Assembly (NCBI GenBank): GCA_964522635.1 | Contig: CAZFWT010000001.1 | Span: forward strand, 15,780-57,990 | Source of the DNA: an uncultured Halobacteria archaeon | Lineage (GTDB): Archaea; Halobacteriota; Syntropharchaeia; Alkanophagales; Methanospirareceae | Direction of reading: 5' to 3' | DNA: 42,211 bases | In this document: one piece after another, positions 34,391 to 42,211 of the stretch | Position numbering within the stretch: position 1 is the stretch's first letter | Layout of the letters: the number at the start of each line of letters is the position of its first letter | Program-made: the position numbers and the translations under genes | The notes under the pieces: model-generated | What the model saw: the letters and a program-made list of their open reading frames with translations, nothing else | What the model was told of the DNA's origin: nothing | Databases searched by the model: none

Positions 34391-36172
34391 TCACGCAGCC
34401 TCAGCCTCCCTCTTCTTTACCGCTTCAAATTCATCCTTCATATCGCGCATGAGCGTATCGTAGGTCGCCCGGAACTGGTCACTCGGGATGTATTTCATGC
34501 GCGCTATTGCGCCCTTGATCTTCATCCCCTCGATCTTCTCGATCCCGATACCCACCTCGATCAGCTCGTTCGCGAAGTCGTACCACTGCAGAACGATCTT
34601 GGCCATCAAATACTGCTTCTCAAGGGAGCAGAACGAATCGATATCGTGGTACGCATTCTGCTGCAGGAAATCCTCACGGATCATTCGGGCAACCTCCATC
34701 GTCCCCCGCTCGCGGGGCGGTAACGCGTCCGCACCGACGAGCTGCACGATCTCTTGCAGCTCCGATTCCTTCTGCAACAGTGCCATCATCTCCTCCTGCT
34801 GCTCCATGAAATCGGGTGTCTCCGGTTTGTTGTACCAGCCGCGCAATTCATTGAGATACAGTGAATAGCTCCTGAGCCAGCTGATCGCCGGGAAGTGCCG
34901 CCGATCTGCCAGCGTGGAATCAAGCGCCCAGAAGACGCCAACTACCCGCAGCGTGTTCTGCGTCACCGGCTCCGAGAAGTCACCACCCGGTGGCGAGACC
35001 GCACCGACAACGGTAACAGAGCCAATACGGTTCTCAGCACTCGAGCACAGCGTCTTGACGCGGCCTGCGCGCTCATAGAAATCGGCCAAACGTGTCGCCA
35101 GATACGCAGGATACCCTTCTTCACCCGGCATCTCCTCCAACCGGCCCGAGATCTCGCGCAAGGCCTCTGCCCAGCGTGAAGTCGAATCTGCCTGGATCGC
35201 AGCATCATAGCCCATATCGCGATAGTACTCGGCGAGCGTAATACCGGTATAAATCGACGCCTCGCGCGCAGCCACCGGCATGTTCGAGGTGTTCGCAATG
35301 AGCGTTGACCGTTCCATCAGCTTCTCACCGCTGTAAGGATCGATGAGCTTCGGGAAGTCCTCGAGTACCTCGGTCATCTCGTTCCCGCGCTCGCCGCAGC
35401 CGATATACACAATCACTTGCGCGTCCGCCCAGCGAGCCAGCTGGTGCTGCATGACCGTCTTGCCAGTCCCGAACCCGCCGGGAATCGCACCCGTGCCGCC
35501 CTTCGCGATCGGGAAGAAGGTATCATTGATCCGCTGCCCGGTCAATAAGGGCACTTCAGGGTCCAGCTTCTCCTTATACGGTCGCCCCTTTCGTACCGGC
35601 CACTTCTGCATCATGGTCAACTCCACGTCCTCGCCCTCGGTCTGGACACGCGCAATCACGTGATCAACCGTGAACTCACCAGCCTTCAGCTCCACTAATT
35701 TGCCCTTCACGCGAGGCGGCACGAGTATCTTATGCGTGATGACCTTCGTCTCCGGCACCACGCCCAGGATATCGCCACCAACGATCTCTGCGCCTTCCTC
35801 CATGGTCGGTGTGAACTGCCACTTTCGCTCGCGATCGAGCGAATCAACCGTGATGCCACGCGTGATGTAATCGCCCACCTTCTTCGCTATTTCCTCCAAC
35901 GGACGCTGCACGCCATCATAAAAATTCTTCAAAATCCCGGGACCAAGTTCAACAGATAACGGTGACTTAGTCCTGATAACCGGCTCACCGGGCTTCAAAC
36001 CCGTTGTATCCTCATAAACTTGAATATATGCACGGGCGCCATCCAATCGAATCGTCTCACCCATTAGGCCTTCCTCGCCCACCTTGATCACTTCGTACAT
36101 CTCGCAGCCGCGCATCCTGTCACCAATAACCAACGGACCCGCAATACGGTCGATCACTCCCTCTTCGTCCAT
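34391..36172 (-). CDS. atpA: A1AO/V-type ATP synthase catalytic subunit A
   Basis: 593 aa. Walker A is [21 protein letters not shown]. Other motifs are [15 protein letters not shown] and [26 protein letters not shown]. No intein is present. Confidence 0.9.
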   Translation of the reverse strand: MDEEGVIDRIAGPLVIGDRMRGCEMYEVIKVGEEGLMGETIRLDGARAYIQVYEDTTGLKPGEPVIRTKSPLSVELGPGILKNFYDGVQRPLEEIAKKVGDYITRGITVDSLDRERKWQFTPTMEEGAEIVGGDILGVVPETKVITHKILVPPRVKGKLVELKAGEFTVDHVIARVQTEGEDVELTMMQKWPVRKGRPYKEKLDPEVPLLTGQRINDTFFPIAKGGTGAIPGGFGTGKTVMQHQLARWADAQVIVYIGCGERGNEMTEVLEDFPKLIDPYSGEKLMERSTLIANTSNMPVAAREASIYTGITLAEYYRDMGYDAAIQADSTSRWAEALREISGRLEEMPGEEGYPAYLATRLADFYERAGRVKTLCSSAENRIGSVTVVGAVSPPGGDFSEPVTQNTLRVVGVFWALDSTLADRRHFPAISWLRSYSLYLNELRGWYNKPETPDFMEQQEEMMALLQKESELQEIVQLVGADALPPRERGTMEVARMIREDFLQQNAYHDIDSFCSLEKQYLMAKIVLQWYDFANELIEVGIGIEKIEGMKIKGAIARMKYIPSDQFRATYDTLMRDMKDEFEAVKKREAEAA

Positions 36173-36419
36173 CTTCTCCTTCTCCTTTACTGCGCTACAC
36201 TACACTACTTCCGCTCTCCTCAACAAAAAGGGTTACCATAAATATCTGTCGTTGTACCGCATGGAACGGCAGGTAGAAAAAGGTGCGCAGGAGTATTAAT
36301 AATATAACGTGACTGACCGCGGATGCTCTACCGTCTGCGGAGCTTGAGTGGGTGCGTGCTCAGCACGGTGCTTGGCATGTAGAAACGACTTCCCCGCCTT
36401 TGGAGAGAGAAGGCACGGG

Positions 36420-36428
36420 TTATATAAA
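36420..36428 (+). promoter_or_regulatory. TATA box for the DUF4870 gene
   Basis: GGGTTATATAAAGCCC lies ~43 nt upstream of the ATG at 36467, with GGAGGTG 9 nt before the ATG. Confidence 0.45.
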
Positions 36429-36466
36429 GCCCCTCGGCATGAGGTACGTATACGGAGGTGTAAAAA

Positions 36467-36811
36467 ATGACGAAAACATCCATGGGGCTGGAAGAGAATG
36501 TCGCGGGCGCGCTCTGCTATATCCTGGGCTGGATCACCGGTATTGTCTTCTTCCTGCTGGAGAAAGAGAACCGATTCGTGCGATTTCACGCGATGCAATC
36601 GATTGTGACGTTTCTACCGCTGACCATCATCATCTGGATCATACAGGGGCTCTTCTTCTGGGTTCCCGTCGTCGGTTGGGCGATCCTGACCCTTATCTGG
36701 ATCCTGACACTGATACTGTGGCTGGTCTTGATGATTAAGGCCTATCAAGGAGAGCTGTACAAGTTACCAATCGTTGGCGATTTCGCAGAGAAGCAAATCA
36801 AATCTGATTAA
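36467..36811 (+). CDS. DUF4870-family small membrane protein
   Basis: It reads EENVAGALCYILGWITGIVFFLLEKENRFVRFHAMQSIV followed by further TM spans, which is a typical DUF4870 pattern. Confidence 0.75.
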   Translation: MTKTSMGLEENVAGALCYILGWITGIVFFLLEKENRFVRFHAMQSIVTFLPLTIIIWIIQGLFFWVPVVGWAILTLIWILTLILWLVLMIKAYQGELYKLPIVGDFAEKQIKSD

Positions 36812-36940
36812 CGGTGGCCACGAACGGGAGTAGCATATTCGCCTCACGGGCCAGGGTATTTCTTGGCCGTGTGCAACGGAACGGTGAAAAGTTTATTTTA
36901 TATACGGCGGGGACCAAGGGATGTGCAGTAGTGAGCTTGC

Positions 36941-36962
36941 TGTATGTATGTATGTATGTATG
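36941..36962. repeat. Tetranucleotide microsatellite (TGTA)5.5 in the leader of the PGF-CTERM protein gene
   Basis: TGTATGTATGTATGTATGTATG lies between a strong TATA-like box (TTTATTTTATATA, ~36891-36903) and the AGGAGGTG Shine-Dalgarno sequence (36965-36972). Confidence 0.85.
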
Positions 36963-36985
36963 ACTAGGAGGTGAACGAACGAAAG

Positions 36986-37696
36986 ATGAAAATGACACGA
37001 AGTGGAAGGACAGTTCTGGTGGGGATACTGCTCGTTTGTGTCGTTGGTCTGGGTATCATGGGCCCGGCAATTGCGAGTGCACAGGAGAGGTCCGCAGAGG
37101 TGGTGCATTACAACGCGCTGATCGAGTTTCTGCCGGAAGCGCCTCGCGGCTGGGACGGTGAAGAACCATTTGGGCAGACGTTTACTTCGGGTGAAGGGAC
37201 ATGGAGCATGGCAATGGAGTCGTACACGAAGTCGGGCAACGAGGAGCTAACTGCCGATGTGGGCATCATGGATTCGGCGTACCAGCAGGTCGGCTGGTGG
37301 GCTGCCTGGCAGGGCTTCTACTCCTACGAATCAACTGATGGCTATGCAAAGACCGTGACCGTAGACCGCTACCCCGCGTGGGAGGCCTACACGAAGGACG
37401 ATAATCAGTATGTGCTGTACGTTGGCATCAACGACCGGTTCGTGGTCTTTATCAACACGAACAGCGACCGTGACGCGCTCTACGACTTTGCCGATGCGAT
37501 CGATTTTGACGGCATTGCTGATCTCGGCGGAGACGGAGGCGCGGCACCATCGACCGTCACTGCGCGGCCAACCAGCCCGGCTGAGACGACAGGACCTGCG
37601 GAAACGGGCGAAGAGGGTGAGACACCGGGATTCGAGATGGTTGCTGCGGTTATCGGACTGCTGGCAATTTTTGCCCTGGTGAGACGGAGAGCGTAG
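36986..37696 (+). CDS. Secreted protein of unknown function with a PGF-CTERM archaeosortase sorting signal
   Basis: The signal peptide is MKMTRSGRTVLVGILLVCVVGLGIMGPAIASAQE. It has a Thr/Pro/Glu linker and a C-terminus ..GETPGFEMVAAVIGLLAIFALVRRRA (PGF motif, TM, basic tail). The ORF track opens at GTG 36971. Confidence 0.75.
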   Translation: MKMTRSGRTVLVGILLVCVVGLGIMGPAIASAQERSAEVVHYNALIEFLPEAPRGWDGEEPFGQTFTSGEGTWSMAMESYTKSGNEELTADVGIMDSAYQQVGWWAAWQGFYSYESTDGYAKTVTVDRYPAWEAYTKDDNQYVLYVGINDRFVVFINTNSDRDALYDFADAIDFDGIADLGGDGGAAPSTVTARPTSPAETTGPAETGEEGETPGFEMVAAVIGLLAIFALVRRRA

Positions 37697-37700
37697 CCAC

Positions 37701-37780
37701 TGCTTCTCTCTCTCTTTTGTTTGTTTTCACCTTTTTCTTTTCTTTCTCTTTCCCTTTTTATCCTCGCACTTCCTACCGTT
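37701..37780 (+). terminator. ~80-nt polypyrimidine tract with several oligo-T runs downstream of the PGF-CTERM gene
   Basis: It reads TGCTTCTCTCTCTCTTTTGTTTGTTTTCACCTTTTTCTTTTCTTTCTCTTTCCCTTTTTATCC. Multiple T4-T5 runs fit archaeal termination signals. Confidence 0.4.
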
Positions 37781-37867
37781 ACTGCCGAAGGCGAGGATCA
37801 AAAGTATTATTATTCCACTCTTCTTTCTTGATATGGAAGCTTGTGCAATACCATTCGGGAGTCCAGT

Positions 37868-39496
37868 ATGAAGATCTCTCTAGAGAAACCGGTCCTGGTA
37901 ACGTCCGCATTGCCCTATGTTAACGGATACTGTCACATCGGGCATCTCAGGACCTATGTCCCTGCGGACATCTATGTGCGAATGCTCAGGAAGTTGGGGG
38001 CAGACGTAACGTTTATCAGTGGGTCTGATACCCACGGCACGCCCATCGTTCTGAGTGCAGAGGCGCAGGGCATCACACCCGAGGAGGTCGTTGCGAAGTA
38101 TCATGAGCATTTCCGGTCGGTCTTCAATGAACTCCATATTGGCTTCGACTATTACGGGCAGACGGATTCGGCCACGAACCATCGACGCACCCTGGCCATC
38201 GTCACGCGGTTGATCGATAACGGGTACGTGTACCTGGAAACGATCAAGCAGGCGTATTGCAGTAGCTGCGAGCGATTCTTGCCCGATCGTTATGTGGAAG
38301 GAACGTGCCCGTACTGCGGCGAGAGTGCACGCGGCGACGAGTGTGACCAGGGCTGTGGCAAGCATCTGGAGCCTGGTGAGATCTTAGAGCCGCGTTGCAA
38401 GATCTGCGGCTGTGCAGCGGATTTCAAGGATCAGGAGCATTACTACTTCAAGCTCTCTTCCTTCAGGGATTTTCTCCTCGCCTACCTGGAAAACCTGGAT
38501 GGCACGCTGAACGCGCGGAACTATGCGCGTGAGTGGGTGAAGAAGGAGCTGGCGGATTGGTGCATCACGCGGAACCTGGAATGGGGCGTGAAGTTCCCGG
38601 GCCGTGACGATCTCGTCGTTTACGTCTGGGTTGACGCGCCGATCGGCTATATCGCATTCACGGAAGAGCTGCTGAAGGCGCGTGAGAAGGGCGAGCACGC
38701 ATGGGAACGGTACTGGAAGGAGCATGACGCGAGGATCGTGCATTTTATCGGCACGGACATCGTGTATCATCACTGCATCTTCTGGCCGGCGATGCTCAAA
38801 GGCGCGGGCTATTCCCTGCCCGCTGCGGTCGTCGCCTCGGGCATGGTGACGATCAACGGCAAGGCGTTCTCGAAGACGCGCGGGAATGTCGTCTGGGTGT
38901 CTGAGTTCCTGGAACGGTTCCATCCTGACACGCTGCGGTACTTTCTGGTGGCGCAGTCGAGCCACACAAAGGAGCTGAATTTCTCCTGGGAGTCCTTCGC
39001 CCTGCGCGTGAACAAGGAGCTGGTAGCGATCCTCGGTAATCTTGTGAACCGCGTTATCTCATTTACGCACAGGAACTTCGGCGTCATACCCGAGGGCGCC
39101 ATCCAGGAGGAGGTGATCGCGGAGATCGAGAAGACGAAGCTGGAAGTGCTGAGTGCGCTGGAGGAGTACGAGTTCAAGAAGCTCGTAGACGCGGTAATGA
39201 AGCTCGCAGACTTTGGGAACAGCTATTTCCAGCGCGAGGAGCCCTGGCACTTGATCAAAACTGACGATCAGGGTAGGGCGCGTGTGGGCGAGATCATCAA
39301 GAACGTGTTGCAGCTCGTTAAAGCGATCTGCATCTTACTGGAGCCGGTGATGCCGGTGAAGATGACAGAGGTGTGGCAGCAGCTCGGCATGTCAAGTGAT
39401 CTGCATTCGGTGCAGCTGGATGAATTGGTCGTGCCCGTGGAGAGCGGGAAGCAGGTGGCGAAGCCGAGGATATTGTTCGAGAAGGTGGAACTGTAA
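37868..39496 (+). CDS. metG: Methionine--tRNA ligase (short form, no C-terminal Trbp111-like domain)
   Basis: Motifs present: [14 protein letters not shown] (HIGH), zinc knuckles [27 protein letters not shown] (KMSKS variant). The ATG at 37868 ([13 protein letters not shown]) is preferred. Confidence 0.9.
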   Translation: MKISLEKPVLVTSALPYVNGYCHIGHLRTYVPADIYVRMLRKLGADVTFISGSDTHGTPIVLSAEAQGITPEEVVAKYHEHFRSVFNELHIGFDYYGQTDSATNHRRTLAIVTRLIDNGYVYLETIKQAYCSSCERFLPDRYVEGTCPYCGESARGDECDQGCGKHLEPGEILEPRCKICGCAADFKDQEHYYFKLSSFRDFLLAYLENLDGTLNARNYAREWVKKELADWCITRNLEWGVKFPGRDDLVVYVWVDAPIGYIAFTEELLKAREKGEHAWERYWKEHDARIVHFIGTDIVYHHCIFWPAMLKGAGYSLPAAVVASGMVTINGKAFSKTRGNVVWVSEFLERFHPDTLRYFLVAQSSHTKELNFSWESFALRVNKELVAILGNLVNRVISFTHRNFGVIPEGAIQEEVIAEIEKTKLEVLSALEEYEFKKLVDAVMKLADFGNSYFQREEPWHLIKTDDQGRARVGEIIKNVLQLVKAICILLEPVMPVKMTEVWQQLGMSSDLHSVQLDELVVPVESGKQVAKPRILFEKVEL

Positions 39497-39684
39497 CGAA
39501 CGCTGATCTTATTGGCGGGTATACTTTTTGGGCCCGAATCTCGTAAGCGTTCCTTGCGTTGCCGGGAATTTGCTAACGGCGAGCAGCTCTCGCTCCCCGT
39601 CGAGTACCACTTCACGAGCGGATTGCTAGCCTTTTATTAGTCGCCGACCTTATCAATCAGTATCCGCGGTAGAGGTGCACGGTC

Positions 39685-40176
39685 ATGAAAATCTCCATGG
39701 ATATTGAATTACAGGATATTCCGGGCCAGTTAGTCCGTGCCTTACAGCCCATTTCGGACTCCGGTGGGAATATCGTCAGCATTGTGCATCACCATGATAA
39801 AATGACTCCCTCCGGACGCATACCGGTGCAGCTCGTTGTTGAGCTGGACGAGCAGAGATTAGAGCGGCTGGTAACTGCGTTGGTGGACCGTGGCGTGACC
39901 GTCGTACGCACCGGTGAGGAGCGGTTGAAGGAGTCGATGGTTGTGCTCCTCATCGGGCATATTGTTCATTCTGACCTTCGGGAGACGATCGACAGTATCG
40001 ATTGCACGGGCTTTGCCGAGGTGGTAGCGCTCTCGCTCTCTATGCCGAGTGTGGATGAGGAATCGTCCGCGTCCGTGACGATCAGCGCAATCGGTGAGCA
40101 GGAGCTGAGGGAGGCGCTGCATATTTTGGAGCAGACAGCGAAGAAAAAAGCGATCATGGTTATCGCGCCTATTTAA
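39685..40176 (+). CDS. ACT-domain protein (COG2150-like predicted amino-acid-binding regulator)
   Basis: It reads MKISMDIELQDIPGQLVRALQPISDSGGNIVSIVHHHD.., an ACT-like fold. It has the typical archaeal position immediately upstream of hom. Confidence 0.65.
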   Translation: MKISMDIELQDIPGQLVRALQPISDSGGNIVSIVHHHDKMTPSGRIPVQLVVELDEQRLERLVTALVDRGVTVVRTGEERLKESMVVLLIGHIVHSDLRETIDSIDCTGFAEVVALSLSMPSVDEESSASVTISAIGEQELREALHILEQTAKKKAIMVIAPI

Positions 40177-40198
40177 GGTGCGTGCGTGGTGAGATGAG

Positions 40199-41230
40199 GT
40201 GAATGATGCTATGAGCATGCAGAGGAACGCGAAAACGGTACGAATTTCGATCATCGGCTTTGGCTACGTCGGTGCCGGGTTAGCGGAGGTGATTCGGCGA
40301 AAGCGAGCGGAGCTGGCGAGTATCTACGGTCTGGATGTACGGATTGTCGGGATTGCGGATTTGAACGGCATTTTTATCGATGAGCACGGCCTTGATGAGT
40401 CGGAACTCCTGAAACTGCGAACCGGAGCGAAGGACTGGGAGCGCCCGGAGGGGATGACGACGCTCGATCTCATCAAAGAGCTGGATCACGATGTGATGGT
40501 CGAGACTACGTACACGAACGTTGAAACCGGCCAGCCAGGATTGGCGCATATCAGTACCGCATTGGAGTCAGGCAGGCACGTGGTCACCTCGAATAAGGGG
40601 CCGCTCGCGTTGGAATACTCACGCCTCACCGATCTTGCGGCAGAGCAGGGCCGCGCACTCAAATATGAAGCGACGGTCGGCGGCGCGATGCCGCTTATCT
40701 CGCTGATACGGGATAATCTTGCGGGAAACGGCGTGCTCTCGATCCAGGGCATTCTGAACGGCACGTGCAACTATATCCTCACCCGGATGGCCGAGGAGTG
40801 GTTGCCGTACGAGCACGTACTCAAAGAGGCGCAGGAGCTTGGCTACGCTGAAGCCGACCCGTCGAGCGACGTTAAAGGGGTCGATACGGCGGTTAAGCTC
40901 GTCATCCTCGCCAATTCCGTCTTTGGCATGAATGCGACCTATAAGGACGTGGAGGTGACGGGGATCACGGCAGTCACACCCGACGCCTTGAAGCTCGCGG
41001 ATGATGCGGGCTATGTGATTAAACTGATCGGCGAGGTGGGGCATGAAGGCTGCTTGAAAGTGCGGCCGCGGCTGGTGCCCAAGGGCGATCCGCTCAATGT
41101 CCGTGGCACGCTCAACGTGGCTACGATCAAGACGGATCTTGCAGGCGATATCACGGTCATTGGCAAAGGCGCGGGCCCGATAGAAGCGGCGAGCGCCATT
41201 CTTGCCGATATCATCAGCATCTACCGGTAG
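40199..41230 (+). CDS. hom: Homoserine dehydrogenase
   Basis: Motifs present: RISIIGFGYVGAG (Rossmann), VVTSNKGPLA, EATVGGAMPLISLIRDNLAGNGVLSIQGILNGTCNYILTRM, AEADPSSDVKGVD. The start is uncertain (GTG 40199, ATGs at 40211/40217). Confidence 0.9.
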   Translation: MNDAMSMQRNAKTVRISIIGFGYVGAGLAEVIRRKRAELASIYGLDVRIVGIADLNGIFIDEHGLDESELLKLRTGAKDWERPEGMTTLDLIKELDHDVMVETTYTNVETGQPGLAHISTALESGRHVVTSNKGPLALEYSRLTDLAAEQGRALKYEATVGGAMPLISLIRDNLAGNGVLSIQGILNGTCNYILTRMAEEWLPYEHVLKEAQELGYAEADPSSDVKGVDTAVKLVILANSVFGMNATYKDVEVTGITAVTPDALKLADDAGYVIKLIGEVGHEGCLKVRPRLVPKGDPLNVRGTLNVATIKTDLAGDITVIGKGAGPIEAASAILADIISIYR

Positions 41231-41327
41231 ATAGCGGGTGGGCTCACATCCCGCTTCCCGCCCGCGTCCGTCAAGCACGTTTTAGTATCGTTCAGTTGAG
41301 AAGTAACGAGGAGGTATTGAGAGCGCA

Positions 41328-42125
41328 ATGGTAAACGCGAAGGGCTGCATAGTGATTTCCCTCACCCCGTCGGCGTCGCGGCGGCTTATTGCGAAGGGGG
41401 TTGCGAATCTGGAAGTGGTGCAGCGTGCACTGAAGCACGGCACGATCGTTATCGGACTGGGAACAACCAATGCGTACGTCGCCGAAGAGCTTTTGCGATA
41501 CGCGTCAGGAGCAGAGAAGGTGCTTGAGAAGCAGCGCTATGCGGCCGGTGTGATCACGGCTGAGGGCTTGTGCGTCGTACCGAAAGAAGCGCGAATTAAC
41601 GAGATTATCCTGCGGAACGGCACGGTAAGCGAGGAGCGCATTGGCGACGCGATCGAGACGCTAACCGCAGACGACGTGTTCATCAAGGGCGCAAATGCGC
41701 TGGACGCGACGGGAACGGCGGGCATACTCATGACCAATCGGTTAGGTGGCACAATCGGCGCGACGCTCGGATCCGTGATGGCGCGCGGCGTGCAATTTAT
41801 CATTCCGGTAGGGCTCGAGAAGACGATCCCCTATTCCATTGCCGACGCAGCGAAGCGTGTCGGGATCGACCGCTGCGCGAGAACAATGGGCTGGCCGGTG
41901 GGCTTGATGCCCGTGCACGGCCGGGTGATCACCGAGCTGGATGCCTTGAAGATCCTGGGTGCGGACGATGCCTTTCCCATCGGTGCCGGTGGCATCAACG
42001 GTGGCGAAGGCTCCGTCGTTATCTGCTGCGAAGGTAATCCCGAGACACTGGACGAGGTGATGACGCTCGTGCGTCAACTCAAGGGGGAGGCACCGGTTCG
42101 GGTGGTGAGCACGGACTGTCTGTAG
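41328..42125 (+). CDS. Conserved hypothetical protein; possibly NagB/RpiA/CoA-transferase-like (LUD-like) fold
   Basis: 265-aa ORF with good coding character. GLGTTNAYVAEEL and FIKGANALDATGTAGIL resemble sugar-phosphate-isomerase-like / LUD-type motifs, but I cannot name a family. Confidence 0.6.
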   Translation: MVNAKGCIVISLTPSASRRLIAKGVANLEVVQRALKHGTIVIGLGTTNAYVAEELLRYASGAEKVLEKQRYAAGVITAEGLCVVPKEARINEIILRNGTVSEERIGDAIETLTADDVFIKGANALDATGTAGILMTNRLGGTIGATLGSVMARGVQFIIPVGLEKTIPYSIADAAKRVGIDRCARTMGWPVGLMPVHGRVITELDALKILGADDAFPIGAGGINGGEGSVVICCEGNPETLDEVMTLVRQLKGEAPVRVVSTDCL

Positions 42126-42172
42126 CGGTTGAGCGGAGCAATCTTATAAGCGCAATTTTTATACCTTAACCT

Positions 42173-42211
42173 ATGGAGAAGCGGAAGCGCCCCTCGATCT
42201 TCGACCTGGTC
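42173..42211 (+). CDS. Possible 5' end of a gene running off the right edge
   Basis: The ATG at 42173 reads MEKRKRPSIFDLV and stays open to the window end. CTTATAAG and TTTTTATACC elements lie 10-30 nt upstream. It is too short to assess. Confidence 0.25.
   Translation, partial: MEKRKRPSIFDLV

Noticed and set aside
33610-34452. 280-aa plus-strand ORF antisense to atpB, with similar ORFs inside atpA
   Set aside because: It is Arg/His/Asp-rich nonsense opposite a highly conserved ATPase gene.
1-42211. Search for CRISPR arrays, IS elements, transposases, integrases, rRNA genes and further tRNAs
   Set aside because: No regularly spaced 25-40-nt repeats were found. No ORF has DDE, tyrosine- or serine-recombinase motifs. 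No rRNA-like stretches were found, and only the single tRNA-Leu at 18458-18540.

Overview
GC-rich, densely coding archaeal chromosomal window. Euryarchaeal hallmarks are A1AO ATPase A/B, Alba, Sec61beta/SecE, Spt5, Pth2, a PGF-CTERM protein and TATA-box promoters. No tools were run: all family assignments come from motifs read in the supplied translations, and coordinates from hand indexing.

Layout:
- Left end (1-8.7 kb): accessory-looking membrane and sensory genes. These are a lipoprotein with two solute-binding domains plus a Cache domain, a CoA-transferase, and an 808-aa STAS / unknown / APH-like-kinase fusion. They are followed by a small AT-rich patch bracketed by a diverged 135-bp duplication of the 3' end of pth2.
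- 8.7-20.8 kb: housekeeping genes (pth2, valS, sec61beta, moaC, tatD, coiled-coil protein, glyA, pyrB, alba, larC, tRNA-Leu(GAG), ftsZ-secE-spt5, hisI).
- 20.8-30.5 kb: one co-directional minus-strand block. It contains an NMT1-type ABC importer, futalosine-pathway genes mqnE-A-C-D, two AhbC/AhbD/NirJ-like radical-SAM/SPASM enzymes, an AhpF-N-terminal-like disulfide oxidoreductase and a thioredoxin-reductase C-terminal remnant.
- Right end (30.6-42.2 kb): a wHTH protein, an HD hydrolase, family-4 UDG, hicB with a nonsense-mutated hicA, an isolated atpA-atpB pair, a DUF4870 membrane protein, a PGF-CTERM secreted protein, metG, and an ACT protein with hom.

No CRISPR array, transposase, integrase or rRNA was found.

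Best candidates for something undescribed:
- The STAS-kinase fusion.
- The quinone / radical-SAM / redox supercluster.
- Tetranucleotide microsatellites sitting exactly in the 5' leaders of three genes.
- The pth2-3'-end duplication island.
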